Assembly: GCA_040954595.2 (NCBI GenBank)
Contig: CM082589.2
Location: forward strand, 3,858,213-3,922,212
Origin: Balanoglossus misakiensis
Lineage: Eukaryota; Animalia; Hemichordata
Length of the DNA stretch: 64,000 nucleotides
Direction: 5' to 3'
Part shown: positions 47,615 through 61,400 of the stretch, piece after piece
How the letters are laid out: every line of letters begins with the position of its first letter
How positions within the stretch are numbered: the stretch's first letter is position 1
Program-made: the position numbers and the translations under genes
Notes under the pieces: model-generated
Database searches by the model: none
What the model was told of the DNA's origin: nothing
What the model saw: the letters and a program-made list of their open reading frames with translations, nothing else

Positions 47615-50600
47615 TGATCATGTTAAACATCGTAGTTCTAATGCCGTGCATATCATACATGAACCATTTGCGCGTGATGAACCGTAAACGCTTCTTAAAT
47701 GTGTGACAGCATTTCGTGAGGGGGGGGGGGGACTAGCCCTTCAGGGATAGTTCTGGGTTTGGGAATTCGTGTGCTGCGCGCGCATGCGGTTATTCGCTTA
47801 ATCACAACTGTTTCCCCAAACTTTATTGGTTCTTTTACTATCCCGTTTCACAAAAAATACAAGTACAAATGAAATTAGGCCTTGAGAGACGTGGTCGTCA
47901 ACTGACATTTGAGATTAATTAACTGAAGGTGAAAGCATTGTCTATACTACTTGATTGTCCATGTCTAATATTTGCCGCAATAACAATTTCCTCATAAATT
48001 TTATTACTCTGATTCGTTTTTTTGTGTGTAATACCGACAGTGCTTCGGGCATAGACCGTACTGTAATTACGTAATTTTTCTTTCATTTCGACATTTCTTC
48101 ATCAGAGCACCGTGCGTGTAACAATCATCTGATATATGGCCTTTTTGATGCCATCATTTCAAGGCGATGCATCATATGTGTAATTAGTACCAGACAGTGT
48201 GAAGCAGGATTCCAAATTCATAGAAACGCAGTTGTTTTGGCAAGGATGACGGTTCAGTGATTTCTATTAAGAAAGATAGTTGGACTATAGGAAAGCCTTT
48301 GTAATAACTTACGTGTTTCTTTACTGAAAAATAAGCCTTCGGTTACGGCCTCTGTGGATATTGATATTGATACACCAATGCACAGGTTTAACCCTTCTAA
48401 CAAAAACTATTAATATGTAAATTCTGAAAAGGGAACCCACTTGTCAGGCGTGGTACAGTAAGCCGCCCACTGTCGGTTGGTTTCATGTATTTGATATGCT
48501 AATCAGATGCTAATTATATTCAAGAATTAAGTATCCCCAAGTCCTGTTCTAGGGGACAGTTAACTTCATGTAACATGCGCATATGCATTTTGAATGCTCA
48601 CAAGGACAGATTCGACAGTTACAAGGATGTGCAATCGGTGAGACTGTGCGAGCGTGGTATCATTAGGAGCAATTTCGTGCGAGCTATTGATTACTTGACG
48701 GTCCTACTTTCATATGTCAATGAGGGAACAGGTCTGAATAGGCGCTCCGTGACGATCTCCATATTGCGGAGAACGGATCCTATATTTTTCTGATTCCAGT
48801 TCCCCGATGAATAGCACTGAGCTAGTCCTGGGAGGTTTTGATGTTGTCTTTTATTAGACATTTCTGACGCCCCAAATCTTGTGTGAGTCGACGTCACGTC
48901 TGTTACAGTTCAAACTCAATTAGAAAATAACGGGCGATAACAGAGACATCTATAGCATTCTGATGCCGAGTCGTAGGACGACCAGGACAAGGTACGGCTA
49001 ATCAGGTAGGTTGAGTCTTAAAATTTTTCTCTTATTCTTAAAGGCGACAATATGTCATTTCTCGGGCTTCACGTTTAAAAAAGTAAAGGTTCATTTTAAT
49101 GTGTCTGTTTTGAAAACAAATGTACATGTATGCAGTCATGAGTTAAGGCTTCTCGTTTTGTTATTAAGACTAAAATAATCTCATGGCAAGCACGGCTTTG
49201 TGATCGCCTACATTTTTGTTGGTTAAGATGATACTATTTAGTTAAATAACGCAATCGCTAGAGAGTCTACTATAGTTGGCTAATTGCGTCAAATCTAAAT
49301 TGACTTGTCTCGCGTTCCGCCCGGATCATCACACAAGTGCGGCAATTTCCCACACCCGTGACGAGTAATGGCATCGTCTCGACGACCAACGCATTGACAA
49401 CGACTGCACATGTACCTACCGCAGGTGTCCACCAGCCTACCGACGTCTAGCGCTACAGGTATTCTGTTATGCCTTCAGGGGAGGAATCAGCTCAAGCTGC
49501 TTCGCCAAGCGCGTGTCAGTCGAGAGCCAATTAAATATTAGGTAATCATTGTGACGCATAACAGGCCTGGGTAAGTTTGCACGATACCTTCAATTCATCT
49601 CTCGGCTTGAATCACCGACTGAAAGCAGCTTCGTGATTACAGTAACCATTTGCAGAGTACACTTATATGAAGAAAAAACGCTTCGCCATTAAGCCAAAAA
49701 AATTCAAAAGTAAAGTTACTTTTTCTCTGCAAATCATCAATGACGCCTTCATCTTAGGTACAATGGTGAACGTTTTCTGAAAGGCACAGCGCCAAAGGTG
49801 ACACTGTCACCTTAATCGTGTTTGCAATTGACAATACTGGAGCAACGCTAGCCCTGGTCGTTGTACAGAATTGATGAATAGCCATTTCAACTGTCAATTT
49901 CTTGAATTAGTGTATCGGTATGATGCAGTACTGCAGATATAGCACTATACCGGACAAAATGGAAACATATCACGATTTCTGTTGGTAAAGCATTAGTCCG
50001 CCTTTAAATAAAAAAAAAATACCACTCACACTGTTTAGTTAGCATTCTGTCTTATATGTAAAGAACGTATTTGGCACCTTACAGTTGTAAATGTAATTAT
50101 TGTTTTTTACAACTCGTACGAGGTACAATGAGTCCAGATCATTTGATCATCTTCAGTAGTCATTATGGTTATTAAAGTTCAGCTCAGGGAGAAATGAAAA
50201 GAGCATCATTATAATTGTGTAATTATAACTATATTACCACTGTTATCGCCAGAGGTTCTAATGACGTCACTAAAGAAAGCGAGGGCAACACTCCGATATT
50301 TATCCTCCCTTATGCGTTCCATGTAGGACATTTTAGTCGTGATGGTTCATGTATGCGGACAGCATTGATTCCAGGGCAAATCTCGGACAGTTAATGAGAA
50401 TGCGCACCAGTCGAGAAAGCGCTATCGACTGCAATGTGGTAGAACCATAAACCCCGCGAGCAAGTTGATTAAACAACGGCATCGCTGCGGTTAAATTGCC
50501 CGTTTGAACAATAAAAAGGAACTATATATAGAACAGTCATACGCGATGGCAAAATAAAAGCACATGGAAAGAAAGTAATTGTATTTAGCTCAGAAGTAAA

Positions 50601-52583
50601 TATCCAGAAGCCGGCCGGATTGGTAGAATGGATGAAAATGTTCCCGAATTGTCGTCACGTGCGTAAACTTCATTGTGGACATTATAGAATTGGTAGTTTT
50701 ATAATGATGAAATTCTAACTCACCATGTTGAAACGGAGACGTGGTTTATGAATCGAACATAGGTAAGGTAGTTTCAGACGATATAACATGTTCATTCTTG
50801 TACGTATTTTGGAGAGTCGTATGCCTTAGCGCAATATAAAGCTGCATTTGTAATCTACCGTAGCTTGCGGCTTCTCATTGAAAAAATATAATTGAAAAGA
50901 TGATAACCAATAGGCAATTATTCTTTATGGGAAGAAAATTACCCAGAATTTCATTTCCAACAATAACATAATTACTCAGAAATTACTCGATTTTATCGTT
51001 TTTTTTTTGCGGTGCCCGATTGTCATTTGGCAACGCACCATCACGACTCGCGAGTCACACTTGACAGATAAAATGTAATTATTCCACAAGACGCCTTTTA
51101 TTCAGAAATCTTTACCAAACTGTGTCCGTATGAATAATAATCGTCTCCTCCTAAGTTCGTGGCGGCTTGCATCTTTATATTATGCCAACATTGGCCACGC
51201 TTTGAGGGAGAACGAAAGTTATTGTATGAAGAAAATATAGAACGTATTTATAAATGTCTGAACAACCTTAATCGCGATTGTTTACTTCTCTAAGAGCATT
51301 TGTTTAGGGTTTCGTGCTCTCAACACTCGGGTCCCCAGCGACAATTTAACACGTCGGCGGTTTCGGTTGATGTGACATTTTTATTGTAAATTTTCATTAA
51401 TACAACAATTATTGATATATGAGAATTTATTAGGTTGGGCGATCACGCCATACAGTCAACAGAGATCAATAACGGATATTGCGTTGATCGAATCACATTA
51501 AATTACTACAATAACTTCCAATTTACATAATTATGCTTTTGGATGATTAAAAGGGCGTAACTGTCTAAGTCTTCGAATGAACATGCCTACACGAAATGTG
51601 GTTTCGCAAAAGAAAGGATATTGCGCTGGGTTGTACAATAATTATACATTGAACGGTTATGAAGTTTAATATACATACTACTATTAGGATATTACACAAT
51701 GCATATACATTGAACGCTTAGCTAAAGTTGGTTTGTGCAAAATATGCAAAAATAACGCTTTGATTTTCGAGCCGCCTACAACCCTAAAACTAAAAAGCAA
51801 ATGTTTTTCATTAGTAAATTGCCGCCTTTGCGCATCGCCAGTAGGTTTGTCGCGTCGATGACGTACAGTCTTACGCGAAGAAAGTACGTCATCATATTTC
51901 CCATATCTCACCTTTCAATTTCGCATGCCACAAGCAGAATGAGAAACGTGCTCTGGTGGTTGACCAGTCAATATGTTTTGTTCTCTCAGAGAGAAAGCAG
52001 CCATAAATAACTGATGATGTGAAACGGCAATAGTTGACGCAGAAGGATGACACACACGCCCCCTTAAACTTCTCAGAAAATTGCATCGACCGACGTAGAA
52101 CTTATGACATCAACAACGGTTGAAGTTAACTGTGCTTCGTTACTAGGATAAGTCAAAGTCTGCATTGGCAGACATGTTTTTATTGATCGATGTTCTGCAA
52201 TCTTAAAGTTGAAATCACTGTTTTCAAAGTAATATCAAAACTACACGTTTCATCGCCGTAACTGCCCCCAGTGTGCGCTTTTTCGCCTTGCCGTTCTATT
52301 CAAGGACGTTAACGTCACTCTACGCGCCCATGAAGATAAGATCGCAATGTAAACTGCACCCTAAGGCTTCTCAAGCGAAACTATCACTGCAGCCCCGATA
52401 GCAGAAAACTGTGATTTTGCAAGACTGGTTGTCAAAGGTCTCATTAAAATGTTAGATAAAAGAAAGACCCGCACACGGCTTAGACAAGAACTGGTTCGGA
52501 GAGGAAAAACTAACATTGCAAAGCCCGAAGATTTGCGCACTGGCCAAGCTGCGTTTAGGTTAGTATGAGTATGCGCAGCAACG

Positions 52584-52661
52584 GTTTCTTAGCAACCATT
52601 TCTTGACTCACTAGAAGATGGTTGTTTTAACAGAATAACCCGAAACTCGTGTATGACGTCA
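52584..52661. promoter_or_regulatory. X-box-like GTTTCTTAGCAAC plus CRE TGACGTCA
   Basis: Motifs at 52584-52596 and 52654-52661; motif match only. Confidence 0.3.
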
Positions 52662-55476
52662 GCAAAGCAGTATCTCAGAATTTCCAAAAAAAATTTCACA
52701 ATTATCGCCGATGAACTTTAAAGGTCATTTTGTTATTAGTTTGTTTAAATTGCGATAGTTTTAATTCTAAAAAAGTTACAAATTTCCGGGACACGGTTTT
52801 TTGATATCACATTAATGTTTTCATTGATTGATTTACGCAATTAAAATTATTTTGGGAGTATTTTGATTAGAACTCCCACGCGGACCTAACAATCTACCTT
52901 TAAATATGTTTAAGAACAAAGTCACCAACATGTACGTATTACATTATTTGGGATATTAATGGATTATTCATGTTTTTTCTCTTTGTTATAAATTAACTCA
53001 TATCCTGTATACTGACAATGCAGTGAAACTTCATTGTAATATTTGGTAGTGTCTTAAAGTTCATGGGAGTGTTCATTTGCTACGTACATGCATGTATACA
53101 CGTATATGTATCTTTGTTGGGATTTATACAAATATGCTGTGAAACGTGGCCGGTTAGATACACCAACACGCTCTTGGCCTTCAGGTTCACCGGATTCGAA
53201 TCTCGCGAAGTATTCAAAATTACCGTCACAAATGATCGCTTATTCAATTATAAAACCACTATTTGTAACAGTACCCTTTTAACGTGTTAACAGGCGCGTT
53301 TTGTGAGATGTTTTTGCCAGTGGGCAATAGTACATATAGACGTTCTGAGATTCCATTCCAACAATTATTAATGGCACATTAGCCCGGTGGCATGTTTAGG
53401 TTTGTTTATTTATTTAACGCTGACTTGCACCGTTTAGGGCAAATAGTGGACATTTAAGGTTAAAAGGCCGCGCAAATGACCCGACTGTTCGCGCCGAGGC
53501 AAAATAATTCCGAGCTAAGTTTCATTCAGCTACACTTGATCTGTAAGTACGCAGTTGAAAAGAATCTGTCGGACGGTGTTGCTGTGGCAACGGAGTCAAA
53601 TCGAGGCCGAGATGTCCACTCCGCCGAGGTGTCACCCAGAGTACAAGCAGTCATGCTACAGACAGCGCATATTACCATATGAAAACTAATTTGTCGCATT
53701 GCAAGACGCCTTGTTAAAATACCATCTGTTACACAGAAATGAATTATAGCTCAATTTTCCCAAGCGCAAATCATATCATGATGAAATGTGCACTGGTGGC
53801 CGTCTTCACCTCCGCGTCGCCGTTTCCATGGTCACGCGGATTAATTTTTCAACCGCTAAAGTGTGTTCGTGAACACAGTGCAGTCCGTCCTAGTACATTA
53901 TTTCCGAACAGAAAAAAGCTTCAGTTCATAAACATGATATTGAAAAAAATACAATGCACAGCCAACCTTATAAATGACGCTGGCATAAAACGTGGGTGTT
54001 CAGACAGACAGACAGGAGAACAGATAGATTGATGGTCAGGAAAGTAAGACAAATAACTAGCCTTACGGATAATCTTTTTATTGATGTGTTAGGGCGCACT
54101 TATATGGTTTAAACCGAGCTTTAAGAATATATTACTCGTACTTCTACCTTATTTTCTTAGTTAGGTAAACTGTCCGAGCATAGCTTTCGTCTCCGAGAAA
54201 TCTCTTGTGACGAGAGCACGGTTGAAATAAACAACGCACTGTTGACATGGACTGAAACGCAGTAAAACCACGCTTGGGTCTAATTTTTAAAAGTTTTTAC
54301 GCAATGTAGGGTGTGCGCCTGCGCGGCAATGCCAGAGCTTCAAAGGCAGTCAGTATAACGACACGGGTAAACTGTTACTGGTGCCAATAATCAGTCTGTG
54401 ATATTAGGATAAACGCCGGTTATTCCTACAGCGCTTATAGTCATAGTTTTAAGTATGGATGAAGCCTACAGCTCCGAGACAGAAGGGATTCTGGCATAAA
54501 CGACGTGATTAATAGTGATCGAATGTTTCCAAGCTGAAGGTAGGTGAATGTGTGTTCGCAAATGTCTTTTACCACTGACGAAGGAGGACCGCATCATTTA
54601 AGATGAATTACACTGGTACCAGGAATTGAGGATTCAGTCGCTATACTTTGCGATGATCTTATAGAGTCAAGTAGTGCATTCTTGCATCCTCCTTGTCTAT
54701 ATAGATGGGCAGCGATTGAACTATATGTTATCAGACATCTATATAGCGAGCATAACCACCAGTAACCCATGTCCATTTGGCCATAAATCAGGTATATGTA
54801 TTCTGCAATCCTTTTCTTAACATTTATAGAAGCATTAAGTTCAGAAACTGCTGATTTACAGACGAGGGAGAGAACACATGGGCATAAAATATCACCACTT
54901 GTCTCATTCCAGTATCTCGGGCCTCTACGCATGCCACTGCTATCGTAAGACCAAGTACGAACTATCTGGTTCCTCTTTAATTAGCCCAATTTGCTGAGTC
55001 TCCGATAAAAACAATTCCCGTTGGCATCGCCGACCTCTTTCCGACCTGAATGCAGTTCCATGTTTATACGCGTGTCTCCAGGGTCTGGGGACATGAAAAC
55101 ACATAAGGTATCTAAACGTAAACTGGAATTTTTCAATCCGTTAAAGTAAATAGCAATTTCAAGTGAAAATTCTCTACGTATTCTCCTGTCAAAACCGCTG
55201 CAATTCTTTCAGAAAGAAATTCGATAACAGTTATCACGTTTTGCAAGCAAGAGCGGATGTGGAAGGGTCGTGTATAAGTAAACTGGTATTTCTAATCAAT
55301 TTGTTCTTTTCAAGTCATCCCGGGTCGTGTAGCAATCACTTGTAAACGTGGGCGCAATACATTAACAACTTATAGTTCGTGATTTTTTTTCTGAATATAT
55401 ATAAGTGGATTTTAAAATGCACATGTACGGTATGTACCACAGGATATAGGAGTGAATCATTTGAATACATTTCTCA

Positions 55477-58400
55477 GACTTTCGCAAAGTCGAAACATTT
55501 TCATTTTTGGATGATTTTCATGAGCTATAACCCATGGTTTTTATCAAGAAATGACCAAATTTTGAAAATTCGCGAAGTCGAAAAATAGTCGATTTTTGAA
55601 GATTTTCCTGAGCTATAACCCATGGTTTTTATCAACAAATGACCAAATTTTGAAAATTCGCGAAGTCGAAAAATGGTCGATTTTTGAAGATTTTCCTGAG
55701 CTATAACCCATGGTTTTTATCAAGAAATGACCAAATTTTGAAAATTCGCGAAGTCGAAAAATAGTCGATTTTTGAAGATTTTCCTGAGCTATAACCCATG
55801 GTTTTTATCAACAAATGACCAAATTTTGAAAATTCGCGAAGTCGAAAAATGGTCGATTTTTGAAGATTTTCCTGAGCTATAACCCATGGTTTTTATCAAG
55901 AAATGACCAAATTTTGAAAATTCGCGAAGTCGAAAAATCGTCGATTTTTGAAGATTTTCCTGAGCTATAACCCATGGTTTTTATCAAGAAATGACCAAAT
56001 TTTGAAAATTCGCAAAGTCGTAAAATGGTCGATTTTTGAAGATTTTCCTGAGCTATAACCCATGGTTTTTATCAAGAAATGACCAAATTTTGAAAATTCG
56101 CGAAGTCGAAAAATGGTCGATTTTTGAAGATTTTCCTGAGCTATAACCCATGGTTTTTATCAAGAAATGACCAAATTTTGACAATTCGCGAAGTCAAAAA
56201 ATGGTCGATTTTTGAAGATTTTCCTGAGCTATAACCCATGGTTTTTATCAAGAAATGACCAAATTTTGAAAGTTCGCGAAGTCGAAAAATGGTCGATTTT
56301 TGAAGATTTTCCTGAGCTATAACCCATGGTTTTTATCAAGAAATGACCAAATTTTGAAAATTCGCGAAGTCGAAAAATGGTCGATTTTTGAAGATTTTCC
56401 TGAGCTATAACCCATGGTTTTTATCAAGAAATGACCAAATTTTGAAAATTCGCAAAGTCGAAAAATGGTCGATTTTTGAAGATTTTCCTGAGCTATAACC
56501 CATGGTTTTTATCAAGAAATGACCAAATTTTGAAAATTCGCAAAGTCGAAAAATGGTCGATTTTTGAAGATTTTCCTGAGCTATAACCCATGGTTTTTAT
56601 CAAGAAATGACCAAATTTTGAAAATTCGCGAAGTCGAAAAATAGTCGATTTTTGAAGATTTTCCTGAGCTATAACCCATGGTTTTTATCAACAAATGACC
56701 AAATTTTGAAAATTCGCGAAGTCGAAAAATGGTCGATTTTTGAAGATTTTCCTGAGCTATAACCCATGGTTTTTATCAAGAAATGACCAAATTTTGAAAA
56801 TTCGCGAAGTCGAAAAATCGTCGATTTTTGAAGATTTTCCTGAGCTATAACCCATGGTTTTTATCAAGAAATGACCAAATTTTGAAAATTCGCAAAGTCG
56901 AAAAATGGTCGATTTTTGAAGATTTTCCTGAGCTATAACCCATGGTTTTTATCAAGAAATGACCAAATTTTGAAAATTCGCGAAGTCGAAAAATGGTCGA
57001 TTTTTGAAGATTTTCCTGAGCTATAACCCATGGTTTTTATCAAGAAATGACCAAATTTTGAAAATTCGCGAAGTCGAAAAATGGTCGATTTTTGAAGATT
57101 TTCCTGAGCTATAACCCATGGTTTTTATCAAGAAATGACCAAATTTTGAAAGTTCGCGAAGTCGAAAAATGGTCGATTTTTGAAGATTTTCCTGAGCTAT
57201 AACCCATGGTTTTTATCAAGAAATGACCAAATTTTGAAAATTCGCGAAGTCGAAAAATGGTCGATTTTTGAAGATTTTCCTGAGCTATAACCCATGGTTT
57301 TTATCAAGAAATGACCAAATTTTGAAAATTCGCAAAGTCGAAAAATGGTCGATTTTTGAAGATTTTCCTGAGCTATAACCCATGGTTTTTATCAAGAAAT
57401 GACCAAATTTTGAAAATTCGCAAAGTCGAAAAATGGTCGATTTTTGAAGATTTTCCTGAGCTATAACCCATGGTTTTTATCAAGAAATGACCAAATTTTG
57501 AAAATTCGCAAAGTCGAAAAATGGTCGATTTTTGAAGATTTTCCTGAGCTATAACCCATGGTTTTTATCAAGAAATGACCAAATTTTGAAAATTCGCGAA
57601 GTCGAAAAATGGTCGATTTTTGAAGATTTTCCTGAGCTATAACCCATGGTTTTTATCAAGAAATGACCAAATTTTGAAAATTCGCGAAGTCGAAAAATGG
57701 TCGATTTTTGAAGATTTTCCTGAGCTATAACCCATGGTTTTTTTCAAAAAATGAAGAAATTTTGAAAGTTCGCAAAGTCGAAAAATTGTCATTTTTGGAT
57801 GATTTTCATGAGCTATAACCCATGATTATTTTCAAAAAATGAAAACATTTTGAAAGTTCGCAAAGTCGAAAAATCGTCGATTTTTGAAGATTTTCCTGAG
57901 CTATAACCCATGGTTTTTATCAAGAAATGACCAAATTTTGAAAATTCGCGAAGTCGAAAAATAGTCGATTTTTGAAGATTTTCCTGAGCTATAACCCATG
58001 GTTTTTATCAACAAATGACCAAATTTTGAAAATTCGCGAAGTCGAAAAATGGTCGATTTTTGAAGATTTTCCTGAGCTATAACCCATGGTTTTTATCAAG
58101 AAATGACCAAATTTTGAAAATTCGCGAAGTCGAAAAATGGTCGATTTTTGAAGACTTTCCTGAGCTATAACCCATGGTTTTTATCAAGAAATGACCAAAT
58201 TTTGAAAATTCGCGAAGTCGAAAAATGGTCGATTTTTGAAGATTTTCCTGAGCTATAACCCATGGTTTTTATCAAGAAATGACCAAATTTTGACAATTCG
58301 CGAAGTCGAAAAATGGTCGATTTTTGAAGATTTTCCTGAGCTATAACCCATGGTTTTTATCAAGAAATGACCAAATTTTGAAAATTCGCAAAGTCGAAAA

Positions 58401-61400
58401 ATGGTCGATTTTTGAAGATTTTCCTGAGCTATAACCCATGGTTTTTATCAAGAAATGACCAAATTTTGAAAATTCGCAAAGTCGAAAAATGGTCGATTTT
58501 TGAAGACTTTCCTGAGCTATAACCCATGGTTTTTATCAAGAAATGACCAAATTTTGAAAATTCGCGAAGTCGAAAAATGGTCGATTTTTGAAGATTTTCC
58601 TGAGCTATAACCCATGGTTTTTATCAAGAAATGACCAAATTTTGAAAATTCGCGAAGTCGAAAAATGGTCGATTTTTGAAGATTTTCCTGAGCTATAACC
58701 CATGGTTTTTATCAAGAAATGACCAAATTTTGAAAATTCGCAAAGTCGAAAAATGGTCGATTTTTGAAGATTTTCCTGAGCTATAACCCATGGTTTTTAT
58801 CAAGAAATGACCAAATTTTGAAAATTCGCAAAGTCGAAAAATGGTCGATTTTTGAAGATTTTCCTGAGCTATAACCCATGGTTTTTATCAAGAAATGACC
58901 AAATTTTGAAAATTCGCAAAGTCGAAAAATGGTCGATTTTTGAAGATTTTCCTGAGCTATAACCCATGGTTTTTATCAAGAAATGACCAAATTTTGAAAA
59001 TTCGCGAAGTCGAAAAATGGTCGATTTTTGAAGATTTTCCTGAGCTATAACCCATGGTTTTTTTCAAAAAATGACCAAATTTTGAAAATTCGCGAAGTCG
59101 AAAAATGGTCGATTTTTGAAGATTTTCCTGAGCTATAACCCATGGTTTTTTTCAAAAAATGAAGAAATTTTGAAAGTTCGCAAAGTCGAAAAATTGTCAT
59201 TTTTGGATGATTTTCATGAGCTATAACCCATGATTATTTTCAAAAAATGAAAACATTTTGAAAGTTCGCAAAGTCGAAAAATCGTCGATTTTTGAAGATT
59301 TTCCTGAGCTATAACCCATGGTTTTTATCAAGAAATGACCAAATTTTGAAAATTCGCGAAGTCGAAAAATAGTCGATTTTTGAAGATTTTCCTGAGCTAT
59401 AACCCATGGTTTTTATCAACAAATGACCAAATTTTGAAAATTCGCGAAGTCGAAAAATGGTCGATTTTTGAAGATTTTCCTGAGCTATAACCCATGGTTT
59501 TTATCAAGAAATGACCAAATTTTGAAAATTCGCGAAGTCGAAAAATGGTCGATTTTTGAAGACTTTCCTGAGCTATAACCCATGGTTTTTATCAAGAAAT
59601 GACCAAATTTTGAAAATTCGCGAAGTCGAAAAATGGTCGATTTTTGAAGATTTTCCTGAGCTATAACCCATGGTTTTTATCAAGAAATGACCAAATTTTG
59701 ACAATTCGCGAAGTCGAAAAATGGTCGATTTTTGAAGATTTTCCTGAGCTATAACCCATGGTTTTTATCAAGAAATGACCAAATTTTGAAAATTCGTGAA
59801 GTCGAAAAATGGTCGATTTTGAAGATTTTCCTGAGCTATAACCCATGGTTTTTATCAAGAAATGACCAAATTTTGAAAATTCGCAAAGTCGAAAAATGGT
59901 CGATTTTTGAAGATTTTCCTGAGCTATAACCCATGGTTTTTATCAAGAAATGCCCAAATTTTGAAAATTCGCGAAGTCGAAAAATGGTCGATTTTTGAAG
60001 ATTTTCCTGAGCTATAACCCATGGTTTTTATCAAGAAATGACCAAATTTTGAAAATTCGCGAAGTCGAAAAATGGTCGACTTTTGAAGATTTTCCTGAGC
60101 TATAACCCATGGTTTTTATCAAGAAATGACCAAATTTTGAAAATTCGCGAAGTCGAAAAATCGTCGATTTTTGAAGATTTTCCCGAGCTATAACCCATGG
60201 TTTTTATCAAGAAATGACCAAATTTTGAAAATTCCCGAAGTCGAAAAATGGTCGATTTTTGAAGATTTTCCTGAGCTATAACCCATGGTTTTTATCAAGA
60301 AATGACCAAATTTTGAAAATTCGCGAAGTCGAAAAATGGTCGATTTTTGAAGATTTTCCTGAGCTATAACCCATGGTTTTTATCAAGAAATGACCAAATT
60401 TTGAAAATTCGCAAAGTCGTAAAATGGTCGATTTTTGAAGATTTTCCTGAGCTATAACCCATGGTTTTTATCAAGAAATGACCAAATTTTGAAAATTCGC
60501 GAAGTCGAAAAATGGTCGATTTTTGAAGATTTTCCTGAGCTATAACCCATGGTTTTTATCAAGAAATGACCAAATTTTGACAATTCGCGAAGTCGAAAAA
60601 TGGTCGATTTTTGAAGATTTTCCTGAGCTATAACCCATGGTTTTTATCAAGAAATGACCAAATTTTGAAAGTTCGCGAAGTCGAAAAATGGTCGATTTTT
60701 GAAGATTTTCCTGAGCTATAACCCATGGTTTTTATCAAGAAATGACCAAATTTTGAAAGTTCGCGAAGTCGAAAAATGGTCGAGTTTTGAAGATTTTCCT
60801 GAGCTATAACCCATGGTTTTTATCAAGAAATGACCAAATTTTGAAAATTCGCGAAGTCGAAAAATGGTCGATTTTTGAAGATTTTCCTGAGCTATAACCC
60901 ATGGTTTTTATCAAGAAATGACCAAATTTTGAAAATTCGCAAAGTCGAAAAATGGTCGATTTTTGAAGATTTTCCTGAGTTATAACCCATGGTTTTTATC
61001 AAGAAATGACCAAATTTTGAAAATTCGCGAAGTCGAAAAATGGTCGATTTTTGAAGATTTTCCTGAGCTATAACCCATGGTTTTTATCAAGAAATGACCA
61101 AATTTTGAAAATTCGCGAAGTCGAAAAATGGTCGATTTTTGAAGATTTTCCTGAGCTATAACCCATGGTTTTTATCAAGAAATGACCAAATTTTGAAAAT
61201 TCGCGAAGTCGAAAAATGGTCGATTTTTGAAGATTTTCCTGAGCTATAACCCATGGTTTTTATCAAGAAATGACCAAATTTTGAAAATTCGCAAAGTCGA
61301 AAAATGGTCGATTTTTGAAGATTTTCCTGAGCTATAACCCATGGTTTTTATCAAGAAATGACCAAATTTTGAAAATTCGCGAAGTCGAAAAATAGTCGAT

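Noticed and set aside
49042-50003. Possible TTAA-flanked element with AGGCG termini (similarly ~52717-52904)
   Set aside because: Inverted match is only ~5 bp beyond TTAA, compatible with chance
54594-54932. 112-aa minus-strand ORF near the satellite junction
   Set aside because: No recognisable motif or codon bias; could be a decayed element but cannot be supported without a search
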